Source of the DNA: Chlamydiota bacterium
GTDB lineage: Bacteria; Chlamydiota; Chlamydiia; Chlamydiales; JABDDJ01
Reading direction: 5' to 3'
Length of the DNA stretch: 64,000 bases
NCBI GenBank assembly: GCA_013287645.1
Contig: JABDDJ010000004.1
Location: forward strand, 1,815 to 65,814
The notes under the pieces were generated by a model. It worked only from the letters and a program-made list of their open reading frames with translations. It did not search any database and was not told the origin of the DNA. The position numbers were made by a program, and so were the translations under genes. Below are positions 19,552 to 28,757 of the stretch, one piece after another; position 1 is the stretch's first letter, and the number at the start of each line of letters is the position of its first letter.

Positions 19552-19935
19552 TTATTTTTCCGCACTCACAACAGCGCGCCAGGTGTCTACTGTATCAATA
19601 AAATCTTCTAAAATCTCGTAAAATTCGCGGTATTGACTTATATGTGTGACCGTTTGAGAAAGGACTATATTCTCCTTTTCGTCAAGTGCTAAGGCCGCAC
19701 CTTTGGTACCCTGCCCTAACATTGTCGCGGATAATAGCTGGATATAGAGCTCTTCTTTATTATCTTGAATCACTGGAGAGAGAGTAGACATTAGAGTAAA
19801 ACCGCCCTTAATTGCAGTAAGAACGATCTCTAGATCTTCTTCTAAAGGGATTGCAAACACATTCGGCACGTTGGTGGCGAAACCCGATTCGATGGACCAT
19901 TCCTTAGCTAATTTATCGCAAAAGCTCTCCAGCAT
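19552..19935 (-). CDS. scc4: CesT-family class I T3SS chaperone (CT663/Scc4 position)
   Basis: 127 aa acidic CesT fold (LGQGTKGAALALD...FIDTVDTWR); immediately upstream of cdsD. Confidence 0.8.
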   Translation of the reverse strand: MLESFCDKLAKEWSIESGFATNVPNVFAIPLEEDLEIVLTAIKGGFTLMSTLSPVIQDNKEELYIQLLSATMLGQGTKGAALALDEKENIVLSQTVTHISQYREFYEILEDFIDTVDTWRAVVSAEK

Positions 19936-19949
19936 AGGTCCCCCTTAAT

Positions 19950-19979
19950 AAATGAAAGGCAAGGCCACACGGCCTTGCC
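19950..19979 (-). terminator. Rho-independent terminator after the translocator operon
   Basis: GGCAAGGCC-GTGT-GGCCTTGCC followed by TTTCATTT on the minus strand. Confidence 0.75.
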
Positions 19980-19993
19980 ATTTAAAATTTTTA

Positions 19994-21271
19994 TTATACT
20001 CCCAAAAATTGAGACATTGCTGCATTAACCTTTTGCATTGATTGCATCAGACCGTCAACAAAGCCATATTTGCTATCTCGTTCGTTCTTTAAGGTATCTT
20101 GCAGGCTTGAAGCAGCTTGCTCATATCCTTGTGAGCCATTCTTATCCAAATCGGCTTGTGCTTGCCCAATTGTTTGGATTGCTTGACCTTCAGCTCTTAA
20201 TTGATCAGCAATAGCTGTTGAAAATTGGTTCAATGCTTGAGTCAATGAAGTGATGATCTGTTCTCTTGAAGAGTTCTTTCTCCAGGTCCCTTCTACAACT
20301 CGAGCATCTTCTTGTTCTTGTGGACTTTGTGTCCATTTCGCACGATCTGCTGCAGTAACGCTGAAATCTCCCTCTGCAGCGGTAGCTCTAGCATTCTTTA
20401 TAGCATCTGGATCAGCTGTCTCTATTTCACCTTTAATTCTAGCTCTTTCAGTAGGGCTTAGTTTTGAAGCGTCTTTCATTTCCGTTTGATAAGTTTGGTC
20501 TGCTTCCATTTCTTCATCTGAAAGATTCTGGTTCTTAAATTTTGTTTTAACAGCTGCTTGTTGATCTTCGATAGCCTTAGATCCACCTTTTTCCAATATT
20601 AGGTCCTCTTCTGCCTTATCTGTAGCAGCCGTGGTCTTAGATGCAATAGTTTGAGTGTTTTTGGCCATTTGAGCTTCACTTAAAGCTGTTTCGCTTTCTG
20701 CTGCGTCAGAAGATGCCTTCATATAGCTACCTGCCTGCATTACACCACCGAACATCATCACAGCGCCTGCAGTGATTTGTAGGGCTGTAGCTGCCTCAAC
20801 TTTGGCTAAATTGGCATTTACTGCTCTTACAGTAGTATCATAGGCCTCATGAGCGTCCTTACGTGATTGAAGGTTGTCCAAATTTATTTGTTTAGTCATC
20901 ACAGTTCTCATTTCACTCATGACTTTCATCGCATCAGTGATGGCTTCCATCAGAATTGTAACGGCGTCAGTGTTTACTCCATCAAACCAGGACTGATCCT
21001 CGGGGTTGGAAGGTATGTGGCCTGGACCTCCTAAAGTAGGTACTGCAGAATTTAATGTAGAATCTGAATTGGGTGAATCACCACCGCCTTTAAGATGCTC
21101 AGAAGCTTGTATTTCATCTGCAAATACAACGTTCGATTTCTTTTCTACCTGTCCAGATCCTTTAATTTTTCCGCCTTGTTGTACACCCCCGTCTGCGACT
21201 GGAGAAGCGTTAGATTGTGGTGGAGCTGATTCTCCTTTTGGAGCGTAATTTCCTCCTCCTACACTAGACAT
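19994..21271 (-). CDS. CopD/SctB-like translocator
   Basis: Gly/Ser-rich N-terminus, class II chaperone motif PTLGGP, one hydrophobic stretch (LQITAGAVMMFGGVMQAG), coiled coils; last gene after the SycD chaperones. Confidence 0.65.
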   Translation of the reverse strand: MSSVGGGNYAPKGESAPPQSNASPVADGGVQQGGKIKGSGQVEKKSNVVFADEIQASEHLKGGGDSPNSDSTLNSAVPTLGGPGHIPSNPEDQSWFDGVNTDAVTILMEAITDAMKVMSEMRTVMTKQINLDNLQSRKDAHEAYDTTVRAVNANLAKVEAATALQITAGAVMMFGGVMQAGSYMKASSDAAESETALSEAQMAKNTQTIASKTTAATDKAEEDLILEKGGSKAIEDQQAAVKTKFKNQNLSDEEMEADQTYQTEMKDASKLSPTERARIKGEIETADPDAIKNARATAAEGDFSVTAADRAKWTQSPQEQEDARVVEGTWRKNSSREQIITSLTQALNQFSTAIADQLRAEGQAIQTIGQAQADLDKNGSQGYEQAASSLQDTLKNERDSKYGFVDGLMQSMQKVNAAMSQFLGV

Positions 21272-21289
21272 AATATTCCTCCTTCTTTA

Positions 21290-22897
21290 TCACGCTGAAA
21301 CTTCCATTGTTGTGGAAGCGCGCGTATCTTTGCTTCCGCCTTGAACTCCTTCGGCTAAACGATTCGATGTCAAGTTAAAGGCAGAGAGTTCTTCTTCTAA
21401 AGTTTGAGCATTGACTCCGTTGGCTTCGATGGTTGACTGTCCTACTTGAGCGAGTTGTCTAAACTGGCCCTCTTCGAAGGCGATCAATGCTTGCTGTAAT
21501 AAAACGGCTTTGGCTATAGCCTGGTCATCTTGTGTGACGTTGCCGGCTGCATCTTCACTGCCTGCTACAACGGTCTGTAGTGGTGGGCCAATGAATTTTT
21601 CGAGAGTGCTTAACAGGGCACTTTGTTTATCCACGTTTCCTTGAGAGCCTACAAGTACGGCTGCGAAAATCATGTTGAGGGTTGCGACTGCAGTTTGTTG
21701 AGCTTTAAGAGCCTCTACCGTTTTTGCAGTATCGGTGATCGATTGAATTAGAGTATCCACAAGTTTGGTCGATAAGACCGTATGCAAGGCAATTTGGAAA
21801 TCAAAAAAGCGGCTTGCTTCCACCTCTTTTTCTGCCTTGACAGGTGTCGATCCTAGACCATTAGTGCTGAGGTAGTTTGATAGGATACTCACAGCTAAAA
21901 GTATGGCAGTCCACACATTGTTGGCAGCATTGTTGTTTGTCGAGGTTTGTGCGATGAGTTTGCCTTGCTCATTACCTACCATAGCAGATCCATCCGTTGA
22001 TCCTTGCAGGCCTATAAAAGCCGTCCCTAAACTAAACTGTAGTGAGGGTGGGGTTCCTAGAGGATCTGAAAACGCATTTGCTACTAACGATAAGGTTGAC
22101 AGATAAGGTAAAAATAGTGTTGAAGAGCCACCTACATCACTTTGTTGCATAGCAGATGTTGTCGCATTTAGTTGTGAAGATAGAGCGGCTATCTGCACGG
22201 TATCCTGAGTAGATGCCTGACCTGTTGTTGCCTTATCCGTAATCGTTGTAAAAGGTTGCAAAAGTGCAACAAATTGGTTTAAAGCAGCGGTTAAAGCATC
22301 ATAATTAGGATTATTCGGCCCTACGGTTCCTAATAAATTATTTAAGTTATTCACCATCTCTTGTCCATTTTGGCTAGCTCCCACCATACCGATATAGGGT
22401 AGCAGTGTATAAAGGTTGTAACGGTCAGCTGCGGCAGATCCAGGGGCAATAGGTTGTGAAATAGTATCTAATGTCACTAATACTTTTGCTGCTAAACGCA
22501 GTAAGTTATCTAGGCCGGTATATAGAAAGCTTCTTTGATCAAAGGGGCGGTCATTTTCCGCCAGCAGTCGTCCTTTTGCATCGTCAGGAAGTGTCTGTAT
22601 CAGTTGCTGATAACGCTGCATCCAAGACTCATCAGGGGGTGCATCTGGTGATATATCAACACGTGTATGTGTTCTCGGAGCTGACAATGAGGGGCTATTC
22701 GATTGAGATTGAAAGTGTCCACGCTTTGTGTCATCCGTATTAATCATTAGCGCTAGAGCGATCGGGTTATTCATCGTATCACCGATGAGAAGCTGCTGAT
22801 TTGCGGTAAGAGTAGCAGAATTCTTTTGCGTATCTTCTGGGAGCGGAACTTGAGGGCCTCCTGTCCGAGAGCTTCCATCTGTTCCTAAGATTGTCAT
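21290..22897 (-). CDS. CopB/SctE-like translocator or chaperone-bound substrate
   Basis: PSLSAP chaperone motif, several hydrophobic segments, directly downstream of a SycD chaperone. Confidence 0.55.
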   Translation of the reverse strand: MTILGTDGSSRTGGPQVPLPEDTQKNSATLTANQQLLIGDTMNNPIALALMINTDDTKRGHFQSQSNSPSLSAPRTHTRVDISPDAPPDESWMQRYQQLIQTLPDDAKGRLLAENDRPFDQRSFLYTGLDNLLRLAAKVLVTLDTISQPIAPGSAAADRYNLYTLLPYIGMVGASQNGQEMVNNLNNLLGTVGPNNPNYDALTAALNQFVALLQPFTTITDKATTGQASTQDTVQIAALSSQLNATTSAMQQSDVGGSSTLFLPYLSTLSLVANAFSDPLGTPPSLQFSLGTAFIGLQGSTDGSAMVGNEQGKLIAQTSTNNNAANNVWTAILLAVSILSNYLSTNGLGSTPVKAEKEVEASRFFDFQIALHTVLSTKLVDTLIQSITDTAKTVEALKAQQTAVATLNMIFAAVLVGSQGNVDKQSALLSTLEKFIGPPLQTVVAGSEDAAGNVTQDDQAIAKAVLLQQALIAFEEGQFRQLAQVGQSTIEANGVNAQTLEEELSAFNLTSNRLAEGVQGGSKDTRASTTMEVSA

Positions 22898-22912
22898 CTT
22901 AGTTCTCCTAAG

Positions 22913-23461
22913 TTATTCCTTGCTCTCTCCCTTAGTATAGAGAGATTGATGGCCCTCCAACATAACCTGCGCTTTTTCTTTCATGTGCGCATACTCAGTT
23001 GGATCGCTATCTGCCAGAGTAATCACCTTTTCAAGCGCTTCTCTCGCTTCGTCAAACATATTGAGCTGCATGCAGCATTCATAGATGTAGAAGTAGGGCA
23101 ATGGACTGTTCGGCATAAAACCAGCTAGCGTCTCATAACCTACAATGGCTGCTCGGTAGTACTTGCGCATTTGCAAGCATGCTGCAGCGCCTAAGATGTA
23201 TTTTGTTTCGACTGGGTTCAGTAACATTAAAAATTCAAAATATTTCTGTGCTTTTTCGTATAACCCTGTCTTATATAAACGATATGCTTCACCATAACCA
23301 ACCTCTAGAATACTCGGAGGCATATCTATCGCCTGATAAGGTGCCATTCCTTCATTAATAAAGCGGTCTAAGGCTTTAATGACCTTTTCTACAGACTCAG
23401 ATTTCTGTTCTGGAGTTAATGTCTCACGAAACTTTTCATAACTTTTGTGTTCGTTTGGCAT
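22913..23461 (-). CDS. SycD/LcrH class II TPR chaperone
   Basis: YGEAYRLYKTGLYEKA...YILGAAAC...PLPYFY TPR pattern. Confidence 0.9.
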   Translation of the reverse strand: MPNEHKSYEKFRETLTPEQKSESVEKVIKALDRFINEGMAPYQAIDMPPSILEVGYGEAYRLYKTGLYEKAQKYFEFLMLLNPVETKYILGAAACLQMRKYYRAAIVGYETLAGFMPNSPLPYFYIYECCMQLNMFDEAREALEKVITLADSDPTEYAHMKEKAQVMLEGHQSLYTKGESKE

Positions 23462-23493
23462 ACACTCCTCCTCTTTTTAACTTATCTTTAGCT

Positions 23494-24036
23494 CTATCCA
23501 TTCTGTTTCTCCGCTATTTCCTTTTTCAAGCTCTGGATTGTCAAGAGCGCCCTATCTTTCAGCGTAGCAAATTGAGGCTTGTTTCCTGCTCTCTTTACAG
23601 CCATCTCTAACGAAATTAGAGCTGCCATGGGATTACCCATTTGGATGTAACAGTCAGAGGAATGAAAATGCGGCACAGGATCGTTCGGATCCAATATTCC
23701 ACATATTGCATAGGTCTCTACAGCGCTGCGATACTCCTTAAGCATATGAAAACAGGCTGCTAAGCCCATCGTGTATTTTGCTTCTGAGGCGTTCAGCATT
23801 ATCAATAAACGAAAAAGTTGACAGGCGTCGCGATACTTTCCAGTATTATACAAACGGTACGCCTGCCCATAAATCCCCTCCATCATTGCATCATTAATTC
23901 CTAGAAGGTCTTTAGGCACCTGCCCCTTTTGTAACAGCTCGTCTGCTACTCCTTTCATTTTAGCGGAAGCTTGCGCCTCCAGCTCTTCGCCGACTTCTTC
24001 TGCGGCACGTTTAACGCGTTGTGGATCACCTTTCAT
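23494..24036 (-). CDS. SycD/LcrH class II TPR chaperone
   Basis: IYGQAYRLYNTGKY...YTMGLAACFH...DPVPHFHSSDC TPR pattern. Confidence 0.92.
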   Translation of the reverse strand: MKGDPQRVKRAAEEVGEELEAQASAKMKGVADELLQKGQVPKDLLGINDAMMEGIYGQAYRLYNTGKYRDACQLFRLLIMLNASEAKYTMGLAACFHMLKEYRSAVETYAICGILDPNDPVPHFHSSDCYIQMGNPMAALISLEMAVKRAGNKPQFATLKDRALLTIQSLKKEIAEKQNG

Positions 24037-24151
24037 GGTTCCCCTCCTTCACACATTCAATAGCTTTTCAACATCAGTCCCGAGTCGTTTTTATACATAG
24101 CGGAGCCCGTAGACTCCGTTAATCATCATGCGTACGCTTAACCCATTTGCA

Positions 24152-24610
24152 TTAACGATAGATCGTCGACAAAATCGTACTTAACTCTTGCAAGATAGCT
24201 GTCGCCATGTTTGATTGCTGCGTAACAGCATCGTTTGTCTGGCTCAAGTTAGCTTGCAAAGCTTTTGCCGTATCACTCAACTGCGAACTTTCAGATTGCA
24301 ATTGTTGTGAATAAGTACTGTTAACACGGTTTTCGTCGTCACGAGAGTTGTTCTGCGCGGTGCTTGTACCACCGAAAATTGTCGATTGTGAGGTAAATAC
24401 CGGTACTTTATTCAATAAAGCCGTGTAGGCTTGTTGCCAGTTTGTCAATAATTGCAAACGTTGAGCCTGAACAACCGCAACACCTTGTAGGACCTGAATC
24501 ATACCGATTAACAGGACAAGCACTTGGTCCAAACGAAAGGTTTGTTCAAAATCTGCACTTGATACAGAACTTCCACTAGGTGGTGGAAGTGGGGGTAACA
24601 CTATACTCAT
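24152..24610 (-). CDS. DUF720 (CT847-849-like) T3SS substrate
   Basis: NSTYSQQLQ...DTAKALQANL...QQSNMATAILQELSTIL pattern; N-terminal PPLPPP. Confidence 0.7.
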   Translation of the reverse strand: MSIVLPPLPPPSGSSVSSADFEQTFRLDQVLVLLIGMIQVLQGVAVVQAQRLQLLTNWQQAYTALLNKVPVFTSQSTIFGGTSTAQNNSRDDENRVNSTYSQQLQSESSQLSDTAKALQANLSQTNDAVTQQSNMATAILQELSTILSTIYR

Positions 24611-24637
24611 AATTAAAGCCTCCTTGCAGCGCGCTAT

Positions 24638-25339
24638 TTATGAACGCGCAATATTACGGCCTATTTCCTGGATGATTTGCGTAATCGAGTTAAGCATTGC
24701 AGCGGCCGATTTATAATATTCTTCAAAGATGTACAAATAACGTTGTACCTCTTCTTTCTTGGTATCGTTTAACGTTTCACCAGAAGTAATAGCATTGGTT
24801 AAGTCAGACTGATAAGCACCCGCATTCGAGAAGGTAGGTCCCGAAGACTGGTAATTATCCAGCACCCAATTCTGGTTGCTACCAGCAGCAGAAATGTCGT
24901 TAATAACCTTTAATGAAAGGTTATAGATCGATTGAGGGTCAGCCTGAATTTGAGCAGCCTGGCTTGGAGGTAATTCAGCTAAGAGTGCTCCAATTTCTTG
25001 GGACAAAGCACTTCTATAGCTGGTGATTACCGCATAGTTAAATGACGGACTTAACGAAGGTCTGATTGGACTACCAAATACCTTACTTGCCATAGATCCA
25101 TAAGTCGCCGAGTTTGTGAAACTCGGAACAGATCTACCACTGATTTTAAGTTGGTTTTTGGCGTTTTGTAAGTTAGTTAAAGTCGTTAAGATCTGTTGAG
25201 TAGTGGTTAGAGCCTGCTCAAGCGATGCCATATGTGCGCCTAACACATCGTTAGCAGCCTTGGTGTAGATTAATTCGATAGCGGACTGCTCACTATGCCC
25301 ATTTAACTGAGCAGGATCAATTGATGGAACTGAAGACAT
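24638..25339 (-). CDS. T3SS-secreted helical protein, candidate needle tip/filament subunit
   Basis: First gene of the translocator operon; amphipathic C-terminal helix LNDTKKEEVQRYLYIFEEYYKSAAAMLNSITQIIQEIGRNI. Confidence 0.5.
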   Translation of the reverse strand: MSSVPSIDPAQLNGHSEQSAIELIYTKAANDVLGAHMASLEQALTTTQQILTTLTNLQNAKNQLKISGRSVPSFTNSATYGSMASKVFGSPIRPSLSPSFNYAVITSYRSALSQEIGALLAELPPSQAAQIQADPQSIYNLSLKVINDISAAGSNQNWVLDNYQSSGPTFSNAGAYQSDLTNAITSGETLNDTKKEEVQRYLYIFEEYYKSAAAMLNSITQIIQEIGRNIARS

Positions 25340-25434
25340 ACTTAGCCTCCCTGAGACTAGTTTATTAGACGAAATCCTTTCGTCTATCGGTACTTGCCAG
25401 ACGTTAACCTAAGACTGACATAGTTCTTTTAGTA

Positions 25435-25464
25435 GGCGTTTCCCAGGTGTAGCTGGGAAACGCC
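25435..25464 (-). promoter_or_regulatory. Strong 5'-UTR stem-loop of the translocator operon
   Basis: ggcgtttcccag-gtgtag-ctgggaaacgcc, perfect 12-bp stem with no U-tract on the coding strand. Confidence 0.65.
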
Positions 25465-25497
25465 CCATCGCATCACTAAATTATATGCTTGAGAAAT

Positions 25498-25514
25498 TGC
25501 ATTTCTCATGCCAA
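25498..25514 (-). promoter_or_regulatory. sigma54 (-24/-12) promoter of the translocator operon
   Basis: Minus strand reads TTGGCATGAGAAATGCA (GG-N10-GC); AT-rich tract upstream. Confidence 0.75.
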
Positions 25515-25643
25515 CTCATAGCGTGCGATTGGCGCTTCCGTGGTCTTTGAGTTAAAACACTCCATGCTTAAATACCTTACAATTATTATTATATTTAATT
25601 TTTTAATTTTATAGTTAATAATTAAACTATTTTTATTAAATAG

Positions 25644-26564
25644 TTAAATATTCTTAACTTTTAGGGTACAAACTACATGAGTTTCTATAGTTTGAGCGTA
25701 AGGTTGTAGCTTTTGAAGCACAAATCGCCGCCAGTTGGCAGAGACTTGATGCATATTGACATCAAATATTGCCCATCGAATAGGCAAATTTTTTTGAATG
25801 CGGATAGATTCCGTCAGGAGAGCAAGAGCGCAAGAAGTAAACCGCATCTCTGAGGAGACGTAGATAGCCGAGTAGCGAATAGTCTCCTTATTGGGACGGT
25901 GAGTGATTAACCATCCAATAACCCCACTCTTGCTACGAATCCCTAAGCTATTAGATGGCTCAATCGCGTAGCGAGTTGAGAATGGTGAGACATTAGAATG
26001 AAAAGTGAGTTCAGTTTCCTGTTTCTTAAGAGCTTCACGTTCACTATTAGTAAGCTCATTCCATCGAAACAGTTCACATCCTTGAGGAAGAGAAAATTTC
26101 TTCTGTAGCCAAGGAGGATCAAAAAGAGGACCATCAAAGATAAAACGAATAAATTCTTGATAAGGAGAAGACCAGTCTCTTTTCTGTAAAAGGTGCTCTA
26201 TAACATTCCTTAAGGGGTCTTCAAGAGTATACTTTGCCCAACAAACATGAATATTTGTTTTTTGTAAAATCCCCTTAAGCTCATCCAGAAGCTGACCTGC
26301 AATCCCCTTTCCTCTCCAAGGATCAGTCACAACAAAATAGTGCAGATCTGCACAATAAATCACCGCTTGAGTGCTAAAAACAGCACAGCCACAAAGCTCT
26401 TCACCCTCAAAAGCGCCTAACAAAAAAAGATCAGAATCTTGGATGCCTAAAGGATTACGTCCTTGTAGCACATGTGCGACAGCCTTCACATTCAAGATAG
26501 TGCTATACGATCGCCTTTCTGCAGCGCTTAATTCCTCAGGCTTCTGTAGCTTAATTGAAGGCAT
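25644..26564 (-). CDS. GNAT-family acetyltransferase (probably two GNAT folds)
   Basis: Acetyl-CoA motif VTDPWRGKGIA. Start trimmed to MPSIKL (26564) because the ORF-track extension lies in a REP element. Confidence 0.8.
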   Translation of the reverse strand: MPSIKLQKPEELSAAERRSYSTILNVKAVAHVLQGRNPLGIQDSDLFLLGAFEGEELCGCAVFSTQAVIYCADLHYFVVTDPWRGKGIAGQLLDELKGILQKTNIHVCWAKYTLEDPLRNVIEHLLQKRDWSSPYQEFIRFIFDGPLFDPPWLQKKFSLPQGCELFRWNELTNSEREALKKQETELTFHSNVSPFSTRYAIEPSNSLGIRSKSGVIGWLITHRPNKETIRYSAIYVSSEMRFTSCALALLTESIRIQKNLPIRWAIFDVNMHQVSANWRRFVLQKLQPYAQTIETHVVCTLKVKNI

Positions 26565-26579
26565 AGCATGCTTGTTAAA

Positions 26580-26694
26580 AATTAAACGCAAAGGCGCAAA
26601 GGCGCAAAGAAAGAAAAACAAGATCTGCGGGATCGCCTACAATAGCAGGATAATCAAGAAATTTTCTTTGCGCCTTTGCACCTTTGCGTTTAAT
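26580..26694. repeat. REP-like palindrome, family A
   Basis: attaaacgcaaaggcgcaaaggcgcaaag ... ctttgcgcctttgcacctttgcgtttaat. Confidence 0.9.
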
Positions 26695-26697
26695 TTT

Positions 26698-27951
26698 CTA
26701 AGCTATCTTTTTGCTCTTGCGGTTGCGATGGACAAGGGGTTCTTTCTTACCATCGACAATCTCTTTGTCGATTACAATCTCGTGGATAGAGTCGTCTGAA
26801 GGCACTTCATACATCAGATCGCGCATAAGTCCCTCGATGATCATACGTAGTGCACGAGCGCCCGTACCCGCCGCAATGGCTTTTTTAGCAATGGCTTCCA
26901 GAGCACTGTCCGTGAATTCTAACTTAACGCCTTCAATTTGGAACATAGCGTTGTATTGTTTCACAATCGCATTTTTCGGTTTTACCAAAATGTCCACCAG
27001 ATCTTGATGCGACAGTTCATTACAGTTTGCGATGCTATTAAAGCGGCCTACAAATTCAGGAATCATTCCAAATTGAATAAAGTCTTCTGTTTCGGCTCTA
27101 CTTAACAAGAGAGTTTTTTGAGTAGGATCGATTACTTCACGGTCAGAGGCGCTAAAGCCGATTGTTCCCTTACCTAGACGCTTTGCAATAATCTTATCTA
27201 GACTGACAAAAGCACCGCCGACGATAAAGAGAATATTGTCGGTATTGACTTTGATATACTCTTGGTTAGGATGCTTTCTACCACCTTTTGGAGGCACATT
27301 TGCGACTGTTCCTTCCACAATCTTTAAAAGCGCTTGTTGGACGCCTTCGCCAGATACGTCACGTGTGATGGAGACATTAGCAGTGGTGCGGTTAATTTTA
27401 TCGATTTCATCGATATAGATAATCCCCATTTCAGCTTTTGCAACATCGTAATCGGCCGCTTGCAGAAGACGTAAAATAATATTTTCAACGTCCTCTCCCA
27501 CATAACCAGCCTCAGTCAGCGTTGTTGCATCGGCAATCGCAAAGGGGACATCAAGGATATGTGCCAAGGTCTTAGCAATTAAAGTTTTCCCCGATCCCGT
27601 TGGTCCAAATAAGAGCACGTTTGACTTGCTAAACTCTACGCCTTCGGTATCTTTATTCATGTTGCGAATGCGTTTATAGTGGTTATAAACCGCTACAGAA
27701 ATTGTCCTTTTGGCTCCTTCTTGACCAATAATGTATTCGTCCAAACGCTCTTTTATCTCTTTAGGCTTCAGGACTTTAAAATCATAGTTTACAGGAGAGG
27801 TCTTCTTGTCCAAAATCCCAGAACACAACTGGACGCATTTGTCGCAAATATAGACATTCGGTCCCGAAATTAGCTTCTCCACCGCTTCTTCTGTTCTTCC
27901 ACAGAATGAGCATGCAGGAACATCTTTTTGCGCAAATGGTTTCTTAGTCAT
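26698..27951 (-). CDS. clpX: ATP-dependent Clp protease ATP-binding subunit
   Basis: C4 zinc finger CSFC...[31 protein letters not shown] loop. Confidence 0.98.
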   Translation of the reverse strand: MTKKPFAQKDVPACSFCGRTEEAVEKLISGPNVYICDKCVQLCSGILDKKTSPVNYDFKVLKPKEIKERLDEYIIGQEGAKRTISVAVYNHYKRIRNMNKDTEGVEFSKSNVLLFGPTGSGKTLIAKTLAHILDVPFAIADATTLTEAGYVGEDVENIILRLLQAADYDVAKAEMGIIYIDEIDKINRTTANVSITRDVSGEGVQQALLKIVEGTVANVPPKGGRKHPNQEYIKVNTDNILFIVGGAFVSLDKIIAKRLGKGTIGFSASDREVIDPTQKTLLLSRAETEDFIQFGMIPEFVGRFNSIANCNELSHQDLVDILVKPKNAIVKQYNAMFQIEGVKLEFTDSALEAIAKKAIAAGTGARALRMIIEGLMRDLMYEVPSDDSIHEIVIDKEIVDGKKEPLVHRNRKSKKIA

Positions 27952-27971
27952 AAATCTACCCAGTTAAAAAT

Positions 27972-28586
27972 TTAGGCTTTTGTTGGTTTCTCGACTACTT
28001 CGTCCAAAAGCCCATAAGTCTTTGCCTCTTCGGCACTCATGTAAAAATCTCTCTCAGAATCAGCAGCGATTTTCGCCTCAGTCTGACCTGTGTGGTTCGC
28101 CAAAATCTTAAGCATAATCCTTTTAAGATAGAGGATCTCTTTCGCTTGCAGAGCAATATCTGCTTGAGTTCCACCTACCCCACCAATCGGTTGATGGATC
28201 ATAATTCTACTATGCGGCAAAGCGTAACGCTTACCTTTTGTCCCTGCGGCTAATAGTAGCGCTCCCATAGAAGAAGCCTGACCGATGCAATAGGTGCGTA
28301 CATCGCAACCAAGCCATTGCATCGTGTCATAAATTGCCAATCCAGCTGAGACATATCCCCCTACAGAGTTAATGTAGATATGTACATCTTTTTTAGGATC
28401 TTCCATCTTCAAAAACAGCAGTTGCGCAACCACTACATTGGCTACTTGATCCGAAATATCTGTTCCAATGAAGATAATGCGGTCTTTAAGTAAGCGAGAA
28501 TAGATATCCATTGAACGCTCGCCACGTCCAGTGTCTTCAATCACGTAAGGGGTCAATGAACCATGGGGCCGCTTAAACTGTTCCAT
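27972..28586 (-). CDS. clpP: Clp protease proteolytic subunit (ClpP2 type)
   Basis: [18 protein letters not shown] (Ser), IMIHQP (His), ERD motifs. Confidence 0.97.
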   Translation of the reverse strand: MEQFKRPHGSLTPYVIEDTGRGERSMDIYSRLLKDRIIFIGTDISDQVANVVVAQLLFLKMEDPKKDVHIYINSVGGYVSAGLAIYDTMQWLGCDVRTYCIGQASSMGALLLAAGTKGKRYALPHSRIMIHQPIGGVGGTQADIALQAKEILYLKRIMLKILANHTGQTEAKIAADSERDFYMSAEEAKTYGLLDEVVEKPTKA

Positions 28587-28683
28587 TCTTTCCTCTGCTG
28601 GTAATTAAGCTCTATAGTGAAAAGGACTTTTTAGGTGGACTATAGCGAATTTGTCAATTTTAGGCTAGTGACCATAAATATTA

Positions 28684-28754
28684 CCCGTGCCCTTGCCCAT
28701 GCCCTTGCCCGAAAAAATAAAAATGGGCAAGGGCAAGGGCACGGGCACGGGCAA
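28684..28754. repeat. REP-like palindrome, family B
   Basis: cccgtgcccttgcccatgcccttgcccg aaaaaataaaaat gggcaagggcaagggcacgggcacgggcaa. Confidence 0.88.
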
Positions 28755-28757
28755 GGA

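Noticed and set aside
25644-26564. GNAT gene as part of the T3SS translocator operon
   Set aside because: It is separated by ~300 bp holding a dedicated sigma54-type promoter and follows clpX; there is no sequence evidence for a T3SS role.
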